DNA from: Negaprion brevirostris
Lineage: Eukaryota
NCBI GenBank assembly: GCA_030324005.1
Contig: JARDVH010000110.1
Coordinates: forward strand, 23,772,364-23,836,363
DNA: 64,000 nt
Direction of reading: 5' to 3'
Part shown: positions 1-12,944 of the stretch, one piece after another
Layout: every line of letters starts with the position of its first letter
How positions within the stretch are numbered: the stretch's first letter is position 1
Program-made: the position numbers and the translations under genes
The notes under the pieces: generated by a model
The model's input: only the letters and a program-made list of their open reading frames with translations
Told to the model about the DNA's origin: nothing
The model's database searches: none

Positions 1-610
1 TGTCCAGGTTGATTTGTCTTGCTTATTGTGTGCAGGGCATATCTGGGCAATTTTCCACATTGTTGGGTAGATGCCAGTGTTGTAGCTATACTGAAAGAGA
101 TTAGCTAGGGGAGTGGCAAATTCTGGAGTCTTCAGTGCTATTGCTGGAATGTTATCAGGGCCTAGTGCCTTTGCAGTGTCTAGTGCCTCCAACCATTTCT
201 TTATATCACATGGAGTGAATCAAATTGGCTGGAGACTGGCAATTGAGCTGTTGGGGACCACTGGAGGAGGCCAAGATGGATCATCCTTCCGGCACTTCTG
301 GCTGAAGATTGCTATGAATGCTTCAGCCTTATCTTTTGCACTGATGTGCTGGGCTCCTCCATCATTGAAGATGGGGATATTTGTGGCACCTCCTCCTCCC
401 ATGAGTTGTTTAACTGTCCACCACCATTCACGACTGGATGTGGCAGGACTGCGAAGCTTGGATCTAATTGTTGGTCGCAGGATCATCTATCACTTGCTAT
501 TTATACTTCTGACATGCAAATAGTCTTGTACGGTAGTTGCACCAGGTTGATATCTCGTTTTCACGTATGTCTGGTATTGCTCCTGGCATACCCTCCTACA
601 CTTTCCATTG
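1..610 (-). mobile_element. Decayed CR1-group (Zenon-like) LINE ORF2 fragment, endonuclease-RT linker
   Basis: The minus frame reads EWWWTVKQLMGGGGATNIPIFNDGGAQHISAKDKAEAFIAIFSQKC..DDPSWPPP, typical of the region before RT in non-LTR elements. It appears to be the same LINE type as 1880-3075 and 39595-39908. Confidence 0.75.
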
Positions 611-629
611 AAATTGCAGCCACTGTCCT

Positions 630-900
630 TTGCATGGGACATTAAAGTACTTGTTTGGATGTTTACAAACGTTTCCATGATACTATTAAAATAAGTGAAG
701 GCTGCCTTGCCATTTTTTTAAACCAACATGTCACCTTGTCATTTATTTCATTGATTGTTGCGGAACATTGCTGTGTGCTCATTTATTAGTAGGTGTTTAC
801 AAAACAACAGTGCCACTACCTGAAAAATAACTCCATGACTCTGAAATACTTCAGAACATCTTGAAGGTGTGAAAAGATGTATACAAATCCCAAATCCTTT
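630..900 (+). mobile_element. Highly decayed Deu-domain SINE (SacSINE1/AmnSINE1-like), central domain and tail
   Basis: gggacattaaa...tttccatgatactatt..., then ggaacattgctgtgtgc...aacagtgccactac...tgaaaagatgtatacaaat. This resembles the 47130-47480 copy and the known DeuSINE tail. Confidence 0.5.
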
Positions 901-974
901 TATTGCATTTTATGATTGTAATATAATTGTAAATAGCTTTGTTCATTATGTTAATTTGAGCTGGAAATATAGTT

Positions 975-1830
975 ACAAAGAATCAAACTTTGCAATATCA
1001 GAGGAGGCCAGTTGACCCGTTGCATTTTGCTGGTTCTTTGCTAAAGCAATCCAAAACTAATCCAAAACAACTCTGTTCTCTCCCAATAGCCTTGTCTCTT
1101 CCACTGCTACATGTACAATTTCCATTTAAAAATGAAATGGCTTTTGCTTCAACGAATTCCCATCGCAAAACATTCCATGCTCCAATAATTCTCTGCATGA
1201 AGACATTTCCACGGCTCTCACTATCTTAGTGGGCAATTTCAAATTACGATTCTTTGTTACAGGATTTTGAACTAGAGCAAATAGAACAGTATAAGAAAAC
1301 TGTCAAAACCTTTCAAAAATTTAAGAAGGTCTGATGAAATCTCCTCTTGACTTTCTCCAGTGGAAAAAGTCTCAGTATCTGATCACAATTAATATTAGCT
1401 TTCCTGGTTAAATTCTTTTATATGCTCTCTACGGTTTTAATGTCATCTCTGTAATGGACCATGCGATATTGCTCTCAGTACTTGAATAGGCTCCCAAGCG
1501 ATAATTTCTACAAACCTATTACTTCTTTACATTTGTACTCTATGATCCTACTTACAGAATTCAAAGTATTGTTTGCCTTATTATGGCTTTATCTTACTGC
1601 ACTTGTATTTTCAGAGAATTATGTACTGGAACCTGGGCATCATTTATTGTGTTTTCCATCCACTTGTTTTGTTTTCTTCCAAAACTGCATTGCCTCACAT
1701 TTTTCTATGTTAAATCGCATCTACTGTCTACCTTTAATTTTCACAAATCTATCCCTGTTGTCCTGCAATCGTTGTGCTTTTTGTTTGCTAACCCCCTACA
1801 TCTGCGCTGTCAGCAGATTTTAAGATTGCA
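975..1830 (-). mobile_element. Old CR1 LINE 3' fragment
   Basis: The minus frame MQRIIGAWNVL...AISFLNG is a CR1 ORF2 C-terminus, preceded by degenerate RT-domain sequence. Confidence 0.6.
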
Positions 1831-1879
1831 TTCCCTATTATTGTAAATGTCTATGGTGAGAATGCAAGTAGATCCAGCA

Positions 1880-3075
1880 CAAAGCCCTGTCCAAATGCAG
1901 CAAGACTTGGGCTAACAAGTGGCCAGTAACATTCATGCCAGACAATGACNNNNNNNNNNNNNNNNNNNNNNNNNNNNNNNNNNNNNNNNNNNNNNNNNNN
2001 NNNNNNNNNNNNNNNNNNNNNNNNNNNNNNNNNNNNNNNNNNNNNNNNNNNNNNNNNNNNNNNNNNNNNNNNNNNNNNNNNNNNNNNNNNNNNNNNNNNN
2101 NNNNNNNNNNNNNNNNNNNNNNNNNNNNNNNNNNNNNNNNNNNNNNNNNNNNNNNNNNNNNNNNNNNNNNNNNNNNNNNNNNNNNNNNNNNNNNNNNNNN
2201 NNNNNNNNNNNNNNNNNNNNNNNNNNNNNNNNNNNNNNNNNNNNNNNNNNNNNNNNNNNNNNNNNNNNNNNNNNNNNNNNNNNNNNNNNNNNNNNNNNNN
2301 NNNNNNNNNNNNNNNNNNNNNNNNNNNNNNNNNNNNNNNNNNNNNNNNNNNNNNNNNNNNNNNNNNNNNNNNNNNNNNNNNNNNNNNNNNNNNNNNNNNN
2401 NNNNNNNNNNNNNNNNNNNNNNNNNNNNNNNNNNNNNNNNNNNNNNNNNNNNNNNNNNNNNNNNNNNNNNNNNNNNNNNNNNNNNNNNNNNNNNNNNNNN
2501 NNNNNNNNNNNNNNNNNNNNNNNNNNNNNNNNNNNNNNNNNNNNNNNNNNNNNNNNNNNNNNNNNNNNNNNNNNNNNNNNNNNNNNNNNNNNNNNNNNNN
2601 NNNNNNNNNNNNNNNNNNNNNNNNNNNNNNNNNNNNNNNNNNNNNNNNNNNNNNNACGTTCAATGACATTACCATCACTGACTTCCCCTATCAACATCTT
2701 GGGCGTTATCACTGACCAGACACTGAAAAGGACTAGCCGTATATATATTGTGGCTACCAGAGCAGATCAAAGGCTAGGAATCCCCCAGCAAGTAACTCAC
2801 CTCCTGACTCCCCAGAGACTGTCCACCATCTGCAAGGTACAAGTCAGGAATCTAATGCAGTATTCTCCACTTGCCTGGATGAGTGCATCTCCAAAAACTC
2901 TCAAGAAGCTTGACGCCATCCAGACCAAAGCAGCCCACTAGATTGCTACACTTCCTCACAAACATTCATGCCTTATTCAATCACCATTCAATCTCAAGGG
3001 TAACTAGGGATTGGCAATAAGTATCAGCATAGCCTTTGATACCCACATCCCATAAAAAGGAATTTAATAAAACAT
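1880..3075 (+). mobile_element. Zenon-like CR1-group LINE, RT C-terminus and 3' UTR (gap 1950-2656)
   Basis: LGVITDQTL...QRLGI...HLLTPQRLSTICKVQVRNLMQYSPLAWMSA..TLKKLDAIQTKAA. The 3' tail aagggtaactagggattggcaataa...cccacatcccat is followed by A-rich sequence. Confidence 0.8.
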
Positions 3076-3294
3076 AACATATGCTGCTCTGCAGCTGTAG
3101 TGAATCCAACAATTCAGCTCCAAAAACTTGTAATTGAAAAGGGCTTCTCCTTTGCAAATTACAGCAGTAGAATGTTCTCATTTTTAGACAGAAAAAAATG
3201 GTGTGGAAGCCATTTATCCCAAGTGCAGCCTCCACTGTCATGTTGTTAAGGACTTATAAAATAATTTAAGGGGCAGGTCCCATGTTATCACACT

Positions 3295-3445
3295 CCAAAA
3301 ACAAGCTAGTTAGGTGAATTGGCCATGCTAAATTCTCCCTCAGTGTCCCCGAACAGACGCTGGATTGTGGCAACTAGGGGATTTTTCACAGTAACTTCAT
3401 TGCAGTGTGAACATAAGTCTACTTGTGACTAATAAATAAACTTTG
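3295..3445 (+). mobile_element. V-SINE 3' half (alternative-tail subfamily)
   Basis: gttaggtgaattggccatgctaaattctccctcagtgt...ttttcacagtaacttcattgcagtg...cttgtgactaataaataaa. Confidence 0.8.
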
Positions 3446-3449
3446 GTGG

Positions 3450-4006
3450 GATAAGCTCTGATTCAGCCCACCTGCCAGCAAATTAAGTGTTCACAAAAAA
3501 ATTAAATACTACTCCCCACCCCTCTCCCCGTGGAATGCCCCTATGGAAACCACCCCCCCACCCCCCACATGATAACATGGCCCCTATAACCACATTGGAA
3601 CACCCACCACCATCTCCCCCCTCTCCAAACCCCTTCCCCCTCCAGCACTGCCCAAGCTGTTCAAGGGGGGAGGTGCCAAAGCATCACCCAGACATAACCC
3701 TCTCCCCCTGGGGATGTACTCACCTGTGCACCTCTAGTGGGTTCTGCTTACCAGATTTACATTGTGGGGGGACCTGTCATGACTCACGTGAATGGACAAT
3801 CCAAGGGGCAGGGGCAGAACAGTCTGATACTTAGAATTAAATGTACTCAACGATGTTGAATGTCAGAATTCCTGTTATGTTATGGGGGGACAGTGTCAAT
3901 TGGAACAGGAAATCCCATCGACATAAACCACATTTTGGGACTCCCGTGGGAATTCTCTCTCCTGCCACCATTCCCACCTCTTGAAATCAGGCGCAGAAAA
4001 TTCCCT
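3450..4006. mobile_element. Non-autonomous DNA transposon (Harbinger-type MITE) remnant
   Basis: C-rich interior ending in gcagaaaattccct, the reverse complement of the GGG..AATTTTC terminus seen in other MITEs in this window. Confidence 0.4.
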
Positions 4007-5206
4007 CTCAGAATTATTTTACAGGTCAACGGTAAGGATAAAATATTATATACTGAAGTACTCTGACAAGAGGACTTGTTATTCTGAGAATTTCATATGT
4101 AGTTCAAAGTGCATTATAAACAATTTAGTTGAAACTGAAATATTAGTTCCTGACTGCCACGTAAGATTTATCTTAACCATCTATCACCTGAGATTGCCTC
4201 TTCCGCAGTGACAACTGTATTGATATATAGTCCTGGCAGCACTAATTGTTTGATACTGAACTCATGACGTTTACTGGAGTTTATTTGACAACATCACACT
4301 GTAACTTGTGCATCTTTGGGCCCATGAAATGTTCTCTGATTGAAAAGTGGAATGGATCCATAGATCCTGTTACCTGAGAATCAAAGGGCCAGAAATGATA
4401 ATGTGCTCCAAGTGAACATAGATGGAAATCCTGAAAAATATACATAAACAGGCATTTAAATCATTTCTCCAGTGTTTGGCTAATGACAGTGGGTGATCAG
4501 AAGAACCTGCCCCTCATGAAAATTACTGACAAAAGCCAATTAAAATAGTGAACAATTTGTTTTGGACCGAGGATTTTCTTTTTAGGAAGTACGAAGCATA
4601 TTTGTGGAACTATTGTGCAAAAATTCTGTGGCCAGTACAGCAAACACAGTTATAGCTCTTAAATGATAGATGAGCTACTTGGAAGCATGAAATCACCATT
4701 ATTACAGTTAATTGGCCAGTTTTCCCTTATCCCCAGTTATTGTTTTGCATTGCATTAAAGCAGTCAGGGTAAAATTAAGCACACACATGGCACAGAATAT
4801 TCTTAAGCAATGATGAAACCAATCTATTCTGCCTTCCTAGTTCTGTGAAAAAGAACCAAATGACAAATGATGCATTTAAGAAGACAATCCAATGTTAAAT
4901 GTAAAATAAGGCTGTAGTTGTATCGGAAAAGAGGAAATCCACGTTACAGAGTTCATTGGATTTTTGTGGGCAGCTTTCTTTAAGGTCAGCAGCAAAGCAA
5001 CGTATCTTTTATCTAACAAATATGTCACTTATTCAAAAAAAAGTTCATTAACTTTGTTGCTAACAAATCTCTGCTACTTGATCCTGCATTCCTAAATACT
5101 CAGTAAATAATGTTTTTATTAATGGAATCCAAACGTTGGTCCACAACTGGTGTTAGAATGAACTGATTCCATTGTTTCCCTGTGTATTCTTCTCTTTCTT
5201 TAACAG

Positions 5207-5336
5207 TGATGTTACGTTGGCTACCCTCCAGTTCCTTAGCAAGATTTCCATATCTAAAGTCGACTGTGATCAGGATTTCTGTTATCTCCTTTCTCACTTC
5301 TCACAATACCATGAGGTGTCTGCCATCTGGAACTAA
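5207..5336 (+). other. Candidate host exon (unidentified)
   Basis: Strong acceptor tgtattcttctctttctttaacag| followed by the open frame DVTLATLQFLSKISISKVDCDQDFCYLLSHFSQYHE(VSAIWN*). No homolog recognised. Confidence 0.25.
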
Positions 5337-5689
5337 CTACTTGTGCTTGGGAATCATTGAAAAGATATGTACTCTAAAGAGAAAAAAAAGTTTATCATAT
5401 AGTTTATTTGTTACAGAAGGAAAGGGTGGGTGTTATAATGTGTTGAGGCTAAAATAGAATTAGCATAGCTTGAATCTTGACTTCTGATAAATCAATGCTA
5501 TGAAACTACCAATAATTTGGCACCAAACTGACAAATCTCATTCAGAATATTTGAGATAAGAGTAGGAAATGGGAGAAAGAAAATACCACTACTGCAATTG
5601 AAGATTCATTTGTTATGATTAAGGGACCATGTTGTTGCAAAGTGGATGCTACCTTCCCCTGTTTGAAGTTAACATCAGGTGATTGTCCA

Positions 5690-6560
5690 CTGTCATAATA
5701 ATAATCTTACCAAGCATGAGTCCTCAGCTCATTTCTCCATGCCTACAGTTTTGTACTTTCCTTTTCAGTTGCTCATAGGAGCACCCCACTTTCAATTTCA
5801 AGTTGTCTAATATCATCATGCTCTTTCTCCCTCTTCATCTACATTCTTCTTGAAACTCTGGAAAGGAACAGTATTTATTATTAAACACAAAATTAAGCCA
5901 CAGTTCCATTGCGTACATACACAAGTCCCAGCCAGGACACAGTTCTGCAGACCCTTCCCGGTGTCTGCCTTATAAAGGGCTCAGGTGAACGAGTTCCAAC
6001 TGGGCAAGCCATTGCCTGTTGCCAAGGGAACTCATATTCAACTGACCTCACAGGGAGATCAATTAGAGACTCCCCATGGAACACATAGGGGTTATCACAC
6101 CTCTAATTTTCCTTCAATCAACTTCTTGAACAAGTTTTTGCACTTTAAAAATATGGCCAATCCTTGATGATATTCACTAACAATCTTTCTTCTTCTACCA
6201 TCCTGTGAACTTCTTCAAATATCTTGCACTTTCTTCAGCTGAACTACTCCAGCCTTCTTTAGAACCATAGTTCACAGTTTTCTTGTCTTTTCTCAAAGTC
6301 CAGATACCAGCCCTGTACACTCCAAATTGCTGTCTTCAGAATTCTTAAGATCTCCACTCATTCCTGTGCGGAGCAATTCCTTATGTGGGACAATCAGTTC
6401 TTTGCCATTGCTATTCTAGCTCTGATTTTTTTGTGGAAGTATCCAACTTCTTATATTGTAACACCTGTTCCAGATGTTGACCGTTTATTGACCTCTGCTC
6501 TTCCTTTATTATTTCTTCCAGTCTTCAGAACTGTTATTTTTAACATTAATTTTCATTGCC
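5690..6560 (-). mobile_element. Decayed RTE-clade LINE 3' end, interrupted by a solo LTR
   Basis: Frameshifted minus translation: MKINVK...NGQHLEQV...KKIRARIAMAKN...ILKTAIWSV...WTLRK...ELWF...LIEGKLE | ...MMILDNLK...SYEQLKRKVQ. These are RTE C-terminal motifs. Confidence 0.75.
5859..6099 (-). mobile_element. Solo LTR (about 241 bp)
   Basis: Minus strand runs TGTGATAAC...TTTATAA...AATAAA...TTCCA. The flanks actc (5855-5858) and cctc (6100-6103) form a 4-bp TSD with one mismatch. The RTE sequence resumes on both sides. Confidence 0.7.
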
Positions 6561-6833
6561 CACTACCTTGATTGACGTCAAAATTCATCAAAACTGTAAA
6601 TTTAGAATGTCTGTGATATCAATAATAGTACTGTTTTGTGTTAAAATACACTTTATTCTTTCACATTTACAGCCTTTAATAATGCTGCACTGTAACCTGC
6701 CACTATAGAGCCTGCTTGTTTTCCAATCCCTCACTGTCACAAAGTCCTTGGCCTTCAGCTAGTGACTCCAATAGTAACTCAGAATGTAGAAGTACGGTAG
6801 TGCAGTGATTGTGTTGCCTTTCTAATAACCCAG

Positions 6834-6958
6834 AGGGCAGAATTTTCCCACCCGCCCACTGGGAAGCATACCAAGTAGGACATGGGCCATGCAAAGGTCC
6901 TTTGACCTCAGATAGGATTTTCCGGCTTTGGGGTGAGCATGGACAGAAAATCCTACCT
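6834..6958. mobile_element. About 125-bp MITE
   Basis: Imperfect terminal inverted repeats gggcagaattttc ... gaaaatcctacc. Confidence 0.6.
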
Positions 6959-6984
6959 TGAGAGTGGGAGTTCAAGCCTAACCA

Positions 6985-7800
6985 TAGATACCTGGGTCAA
7001 AAGATGGCTGATGGAACTTAACCTGACAAACGTGAGGTGATACGATTCAGAAGGTCCACTGCAGAAGGAAAGTATACAGTATGAGTAGAGCCCTTAGAAA
7101 TATTAGCATTCAGAGGGATTTATGTATGCAGATCCACAGTTCCCTGAAGATGGGAACTCAGGTGGACAAGGTGGTCAAGAAGGCATATAGCATGCTGGCC
7201 TTCATCGGTCGGGGTGTTCAGTGTGGGAATTGGAAAATCATGTTGCAGCTGTATAAGGCTTTGGAGTATTGTGTGCAGTTCAGGTCGCCATGCTTCTGAA
7301 AGGACATTTATGAATTAGAAAGGGTGCAGAAAAGACTTACCAGGATGTTGCCTCATTTGAAGGATAGGGACTGTGAAGAAAAGTTGAAGTAACTTGGATT
7401 GTTTTCTTTGGAGCATGGGAGGATGAGGGGGGACCTAATAGAAGTTTACAAGATTATGACAGGCTTGGATAGAGTGGATAGTCAAAGTCATTTTCTCAGG
7501 GTCGAAGGATCAATTACTCGGGGGCATAGGTTGAGACTGAAAGAGGGGAAGTTTAAAAGAGATGTAAGAGGCAAGTTTTTCACACAGAAGGTAGTGAATG
7601 CTTGGAACGTGCTGTTGGAGCAGGTGGTGGAAGCAGATTTTATAATAGCATTCAAGAGGCATCTGGACAGATACATCAATAGCCAGGGAACAGAGGGATA
7701 TGAACCATGTAGAGGCAAGAAAATATTAGATTAAACAGGCATCTGTGTTGGCACAGACTTAGTGGGCCAAAGGGCCTGTTCCTGTGCTGAACTGTTTTTT
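6985..7800 (+). mobile_element. CR1 LINE, 5'-truncated
   Basis: QVDKVVKKAYSMLAFIGRG...LEYCVQF; FSLEHGRMRGDLIEVYKIM...TRGHRL...FFTQKVVNAWN; 3' UTR gggccaaagggcctgttcctgtgctg. Confidence 0.92.
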
Positions 7801-7809
7801 GAGGGTTTG

Positions 7810-8110
7810 AAAACCTGAATTTAGTTTTAAATTAAACTGGAACATTTAGGGGAAAATTGTTAGCATCAATAAAGTAACCATGAAGCTATCAATACAAGTC
7901 ATGGTTCAATACTATCCTGCCAGGAAAAGCTTCTTCTGACCTTACACAGCTTGGCCTATGTGTGAGGCCCATTTCATAGCATTGTACTTAATTCTTAATT
8001 ATCCTTTGAAGTGTCTTAGCAAGCAACTTGGCTGAATTACACTCAGCACAACTAAGGATGGGCTGCAAATAACGGGCTTGTAAACCATACCCACATTCTA
8101 AAAATGCATG
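7810..8110 (+). mobile_element. Decayed tRNA-derived SINE ('type B', Zenon-like tail)
   Basis: catggttcaatac...gaccttacacagcttggcctatgtgtga...caactaaggatgggc...cccacattc. Confidence 0.5.
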
Positions 8111-9044
8111 TTTAAAAGTCACAATTCACGGCATGGGGGCCATCCGCTGGAGCTGCTACAGACTTGTCACTGTATCATCTGGTTACACGCATTTATCTTC
8201 TCATGGTACACTGGCTCATTTTGGAAATTTATGGAAAACCATTTTCACTGATGTTTCGAATTTAAAAAAAGAAAGGAGATTCATGCCCTTCCTGTGTATC
8301 CTTCTTCTCACCTAATGCAAATTACAGTAAATCCTTTGAGAGATTCGGTATCCTTGTCACAGGATAGTTATTAATCTGGTCCTTGTCTCTATATCATTTG
8401 AAGCTACAATTAAAATCGTTGCACTTTATTATCGTCATGAGGCTTTTATATTTATTGAGATTTACTCAATCTCATTATTGCATACAATTTATGTAGTAAA
8501 AACTGAAGTACATGTGGGCCACTGAACATAGCTAGCCACTGAACAATGTGGTTGCATCTCCATTTGAAGAAGCATTTGTAGTACGCAAAAAATCCANNNA
8601 TCCAAGATTTATTGGATGGGAGAGGCAGCATCATTATCCTTTGATTTGCATCAAGATTTACCAGTTCAACTAAAGGAAACAAAAATTGTTGCCCTCACTG
8701 ACTACGTGGATAAGAATGGTGCTTAGTATAATGGTGCTTGATTTTATGGGCTAAGCTCCAATGTTCTAATAAATTTAAACTAATATTGGGTATGAGGAAA
8801 CCTGGTCAAATCCAGTGACATAAAACTCATGAATTGCCTTTTTGGGATTTCAGGAGATATTCTTATCTGTCATTGAATGCCAATGACATGGAATCGGTTG
8901 ACAAAGATCAGACAGACACCACCTTCCCCTCCCCACACGTGGCTTGATCAAATTGGTTGCTCTAAGAATGAGCAGTTTTCAGTCATAATTCATTTCAGTT
9001 TGCGGCTGCCAATGATAAGAATAAGGTATGGTCATAGCTGAAAT

Positions 9045-9336
9045 TTATTTATTAGTCACAAGAAGGCTTACTTTAACACTGAAATGAAGTTACTGTGAAA
9101 ATCCCCTTGTCGCCACACTCCGACACCGGTTTGGGTACACTGAGGGAGAATTTAACGTGGCCAATTCACCTAGCCAGCGCATCTTTCAGACCGTGGGAGG
9201 AAATCGGAACACCAAGACGAAGCCCCTGCAGACATGGGGAGAATGTGCAGACTTGGCACGGAATGTCACCCAAACCAGGATTTGAACCCAGGTTCCTGGC
9301 ACTGTGAGGCAGCAGTTCTAACCACTGAGACACCGT
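9045..9336 (-). mobile_element. V-SINE, full length (alternative tail)
   Basis: The minus strand has a tRNA head (cagtggttagaactgctgcctcacagtgccaggaacctgggttcaaatcc), a V-domain (ttctccccatgtctgc..ggcttcgtc..ggtgttccgatttcctccca) and the ...cttgtgactaataaa tail. Confidence 0.9.
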
Positions 9337-11714
9337 ACTTTACCACAGATGCCTTTTGCCGAAGGGTCAAAACTCTGTCAACTGATACTTGTACTTGCTA
9401 AACTGTCAATTCTTGTTCCCTGCTAATATGTATTTNNNNNNNNNNNNNNNNNNNNNNNNNNNNNNNNNNNNNNNNNNNNNNNNNNNNNNNNNNNNNNNNN
9501 NNNNNNNNNNNNNNNNNNNNNNNNNNNNNNNNNNNCTGTCAACTGATACTTGTACTTGCTAAACTGTCAATTCTTGTTCCCTGCTAGTATGTATTTTATT
9601 GAGTTCAGTATTGAAATAGATTATTGTCGGGTAATTTATGTCACTGTGGCATTAGCCTCTTAGCCAGGTCATTACTGTAAATAAGAAATTGTCCCTCAAT
9701 CGACTTACCTAGCCAAATCAAGGTTGAATAAAAATGAAATAAATACCAAATGAAATGAAGCTAGCCTCAAAAGAATATGCATTTCACAAATAGTTATTAA
9801 CAACATAGAATTAGTCCCCAGTTTTAGGGGGTGATTCTCCACTGCCACAAGCTGAAGCCGGGCATGCTGCTAGCCCATTGAACCAGGATTCTCACCAAAT
9901 GTCAAATCTGTTGCAAGTCCTCCCCGCTGTGCTGATACCAGAGTGGGGGAAACCTGATAAATACTTGTTAAATGTTATTTCAGTATAATTAGCGGGCTTG
10001 AGGCTGGCTGCTCTGGCCTCCCACTATGCTCTCACACTCCCCCCAACCCTCTGGAACTCCACTGGATACCAAACAGTACAGCCCTGACAAGCATGTACCT
10101 AATGCCTTGGACTCTGAGAGGAGGAGTAAGGAGATAAGCTATGTGCCTATATGTCCCTCTGCCATTTACAAGCTGCAAAGGGTATGTGCCACCCACCCAA
10201 CCAAAGGACTTGGATTTGGGTGTTCTTGGATTGGAGAGAAGGAGTTTGCCTTCGGACTCTCCCCCGGGATGAAGTTCTCGTAGCTAGACTGCCCTTATGA
10301 GCCCTGTGAAACATAGAGATGACTCTTAGCATGATGATCTCAGCCAGCTTTCAGCTAAAAATCTTCACTCTTGTGTACGTACTGTGAAACCTTTGAAGTG
10401 CTCTGGTCACTTTAATGTCCAAGTCCCCTGGGTTCCTGGAAGCCTTCAAAATTACAGCAGCACTCCATTATACAGAGTGGATTGCCTTGGCTCTCTCTCA
10501 GGAGCCCCACCTGTGAGCAAACCCCTATGAAATCTTCTGACTGACAAGAGATGCAAGTTTCATTCGGGAGATTCCCTTTTATAACCTGAATGAGCTGCAA
10601 GTGCAGCTTGGCCACTTTAAACTGTTCTGACTGACAGCTTCAGAACAGATCAAACAGTCCATTGTTGATGTAATCAGTTGAGGTTCCACTAAGCCTCAAG
10701 AACCTTCTCTTTTCAACACAGCTGCGAGATAAGCACCATTATTTGAACACTGTATTTTTTTCTCGAACCTGAGCCTTCTTGGAAAGCTCAAAGGCTTCGA
10801 AATGCTTTGTTCACATTTAATTTCATCCTACAGCCCTCAAACTGGTGGATCGTGTCTGTGGGGAAGGGGCAGCCCATTCATTTAGGGGTGTGCGGGAAGT
10901 TGCCCCTCGGTGATGAGGGATTGGGGTGTCATCCTTGTCAGGTGGAGGGGTTGTCATTTCCATGGGGGTGGTGCAGCCAGGGTGGAAGGGGGACTGTCAG
11001 TTAACTCTGAGGCCAGGGCACCCTTTAAAGATGGTGCCCCACCGATCTCTATGAAGCCAGGCTGGCTGGTGTGTTTCACGATGGGAATTGGTTTCCCCAC
11101 TAAAGATGGTTGGAGGCCAGATGGATGGTTGGTGCTGCCAGTGCCAGCAGGAAAGACTGCAGCAGCACTTAGTATTTTTAATGAAGAATCATGGTCATAA
11201 CCCAAACCTGGGATTAGGTGGCATCAAAAAATGGCACAAGGTAAAGAGTTTGAATCCAGGTTACATATTGTGAACATAGGTATGTGCTGCAAGACCTCGG
11301 TTAATGATTTAACCTTGATACTCTAGCATTCTGTGAACAGATTCACAAATGGTACACTGCTTTGATATATGTTTCCATTGATTTGTGTATTAGATATTTC
11401 TACAAGTTACATCTGCGTAACTAGGGTGAAATCAAACAACACAATACAAAAGCTGAGGAAATTTTAAACACAAGCTTTTAAAATCTCAAAATCAGTTCAT
11501 TTTGCGTGTTTTCCTTCAATCCATTCAAGCTTCACTTCACCCAGATCAGAATTAGTCTCCAGATCAAAAGTGCATGAAGTTGATTGCAGTGGGTGATCAA
11601 GCTGTATTCTTTTTCTTAGGAATCCAGGTGCCACTCGGTACATTTTCCAGATCAAAACATATTTAATGTATTATGAAACTGACAAACATGCACTTGCTAA
11701 ACAAATAGGTTTTA

Positions 11715-12924
11715 AGGACTGGGTTTCCATTACAGAAGCAGGCAACTCATGTTGGGAAATTACTAGACACTCCAGACCCACTTCAGGAAAAGGCAGCATC
11801 CCCCCAAATCACCCCCACCACCACCAACCCATACCCCCACACGAACCCCCACAAATCCCCCAAATGCCAGGATCCTCACTCCAGGTGCGCAGGTATAGAA
11901 TATAATCAAGTCCTCCAACCCAGAAAGCAGGGTGTAGACAGCAATGGTGATAGGCCAATGCTGAGGTGGGTAGGTAAGACGATTCCCTGGATTATATTTT
12001 TTAGAGTCTCTTAACTCTCATCTCTTACATCTCCTCATCCACCAGGGCTTTATATATCCCATACCTACTCAGGTTCTCTACCCACACCCATGACCCTTTA
12101 TAATCCCAACCAATTTATGTCATCACTCAGCGTACCACGACCCCTTATACCCTAGGCCAAGTCATCCACTATCCACCTTGGGCAGACCTCAGATGTTATG
12201 CAGAGATTAAACAAAATGAAGCTAAAACAAAATCAATGCACAGACTTCAAAATAATCTTGATAGTAAAAAAAACTGTCATCATAAAAGTCCATTCAAAGT
12301 GTTAGAAAAATCTTAAATGCTTCATCACTTATAAAAGCAAACACACTTTTAGTTGCAGCTCTCATCAAAACAGCTAGTCTATTAATAGGTTCTTTAACCT
12401 GTGAATCAAATTGTGAACTCAGAATCCTCAGCTGAGACAATTGAAGCTTTTAGAAATCAGCCAAACATTCACAAAGTGCCTTTTGAAAAATGTCTAAAAA
12501 TAATTATTTAACCTACTGGAGAGGGAATTTTTAATGTTCACTGACACCTGCAGCCTGTTTTTTTTGTATTTTTACTGGGCTGGAGATTTAAATAACTTCA
12601 GATCCTAACAGTTAAACAGACCTTATCTACCCTTTAACAGTGCTTACAGCTACTCCATAAATTCCTGACCCAAACACTCTGGATTATTACAACCATAACA
12701 GCCAGAATGGGGCCTGCTTGAACCCAGCGCTGCATTAAAATGGCCCTGGTTTCAGGTTTCCCTCATGTGTGAATCGTGCCCCCCTCCCTTCCCATTCCAC
12801 ACACCCCCTCCCCTCACATCCTTCTGCTACTGGTACAAATTGGATCTGGTGAAATCTGTCTCCAGGTCCCGCTCATCATTTTTAACCGTCTGCTGAGTGA
12901 TGAAGACTTTGCAAAAATCCAGGC
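11715..12924. mobile_element. Long non-autonomous Harbinger-type element (probable)
   Basis: Ends in aaaaatccaggc|taa, the reverse complement of GCCTGGATTTT followed by TAA. The interior pairs a C-rich block with an AT-rich block, as at 26849-27700 and 35912-36790. Confidence 0.4.
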
Positions 12925-12944
12925 TAAGTCATGCAGGTTGCTCA

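Noticed and set aside
1851-2715. Long ORFs of 200+ aa (also 16580-17378, 21887-22397, 62194-62951)
   Set aside because: They are made of X residues read through N gaps.
9376-9597. Direct repeat flanking a gap
   Set aside because: About 60 near-identical bases on each side of a roughly 100-N gap indicate an unmerged contig overlap, an assembly artefact.
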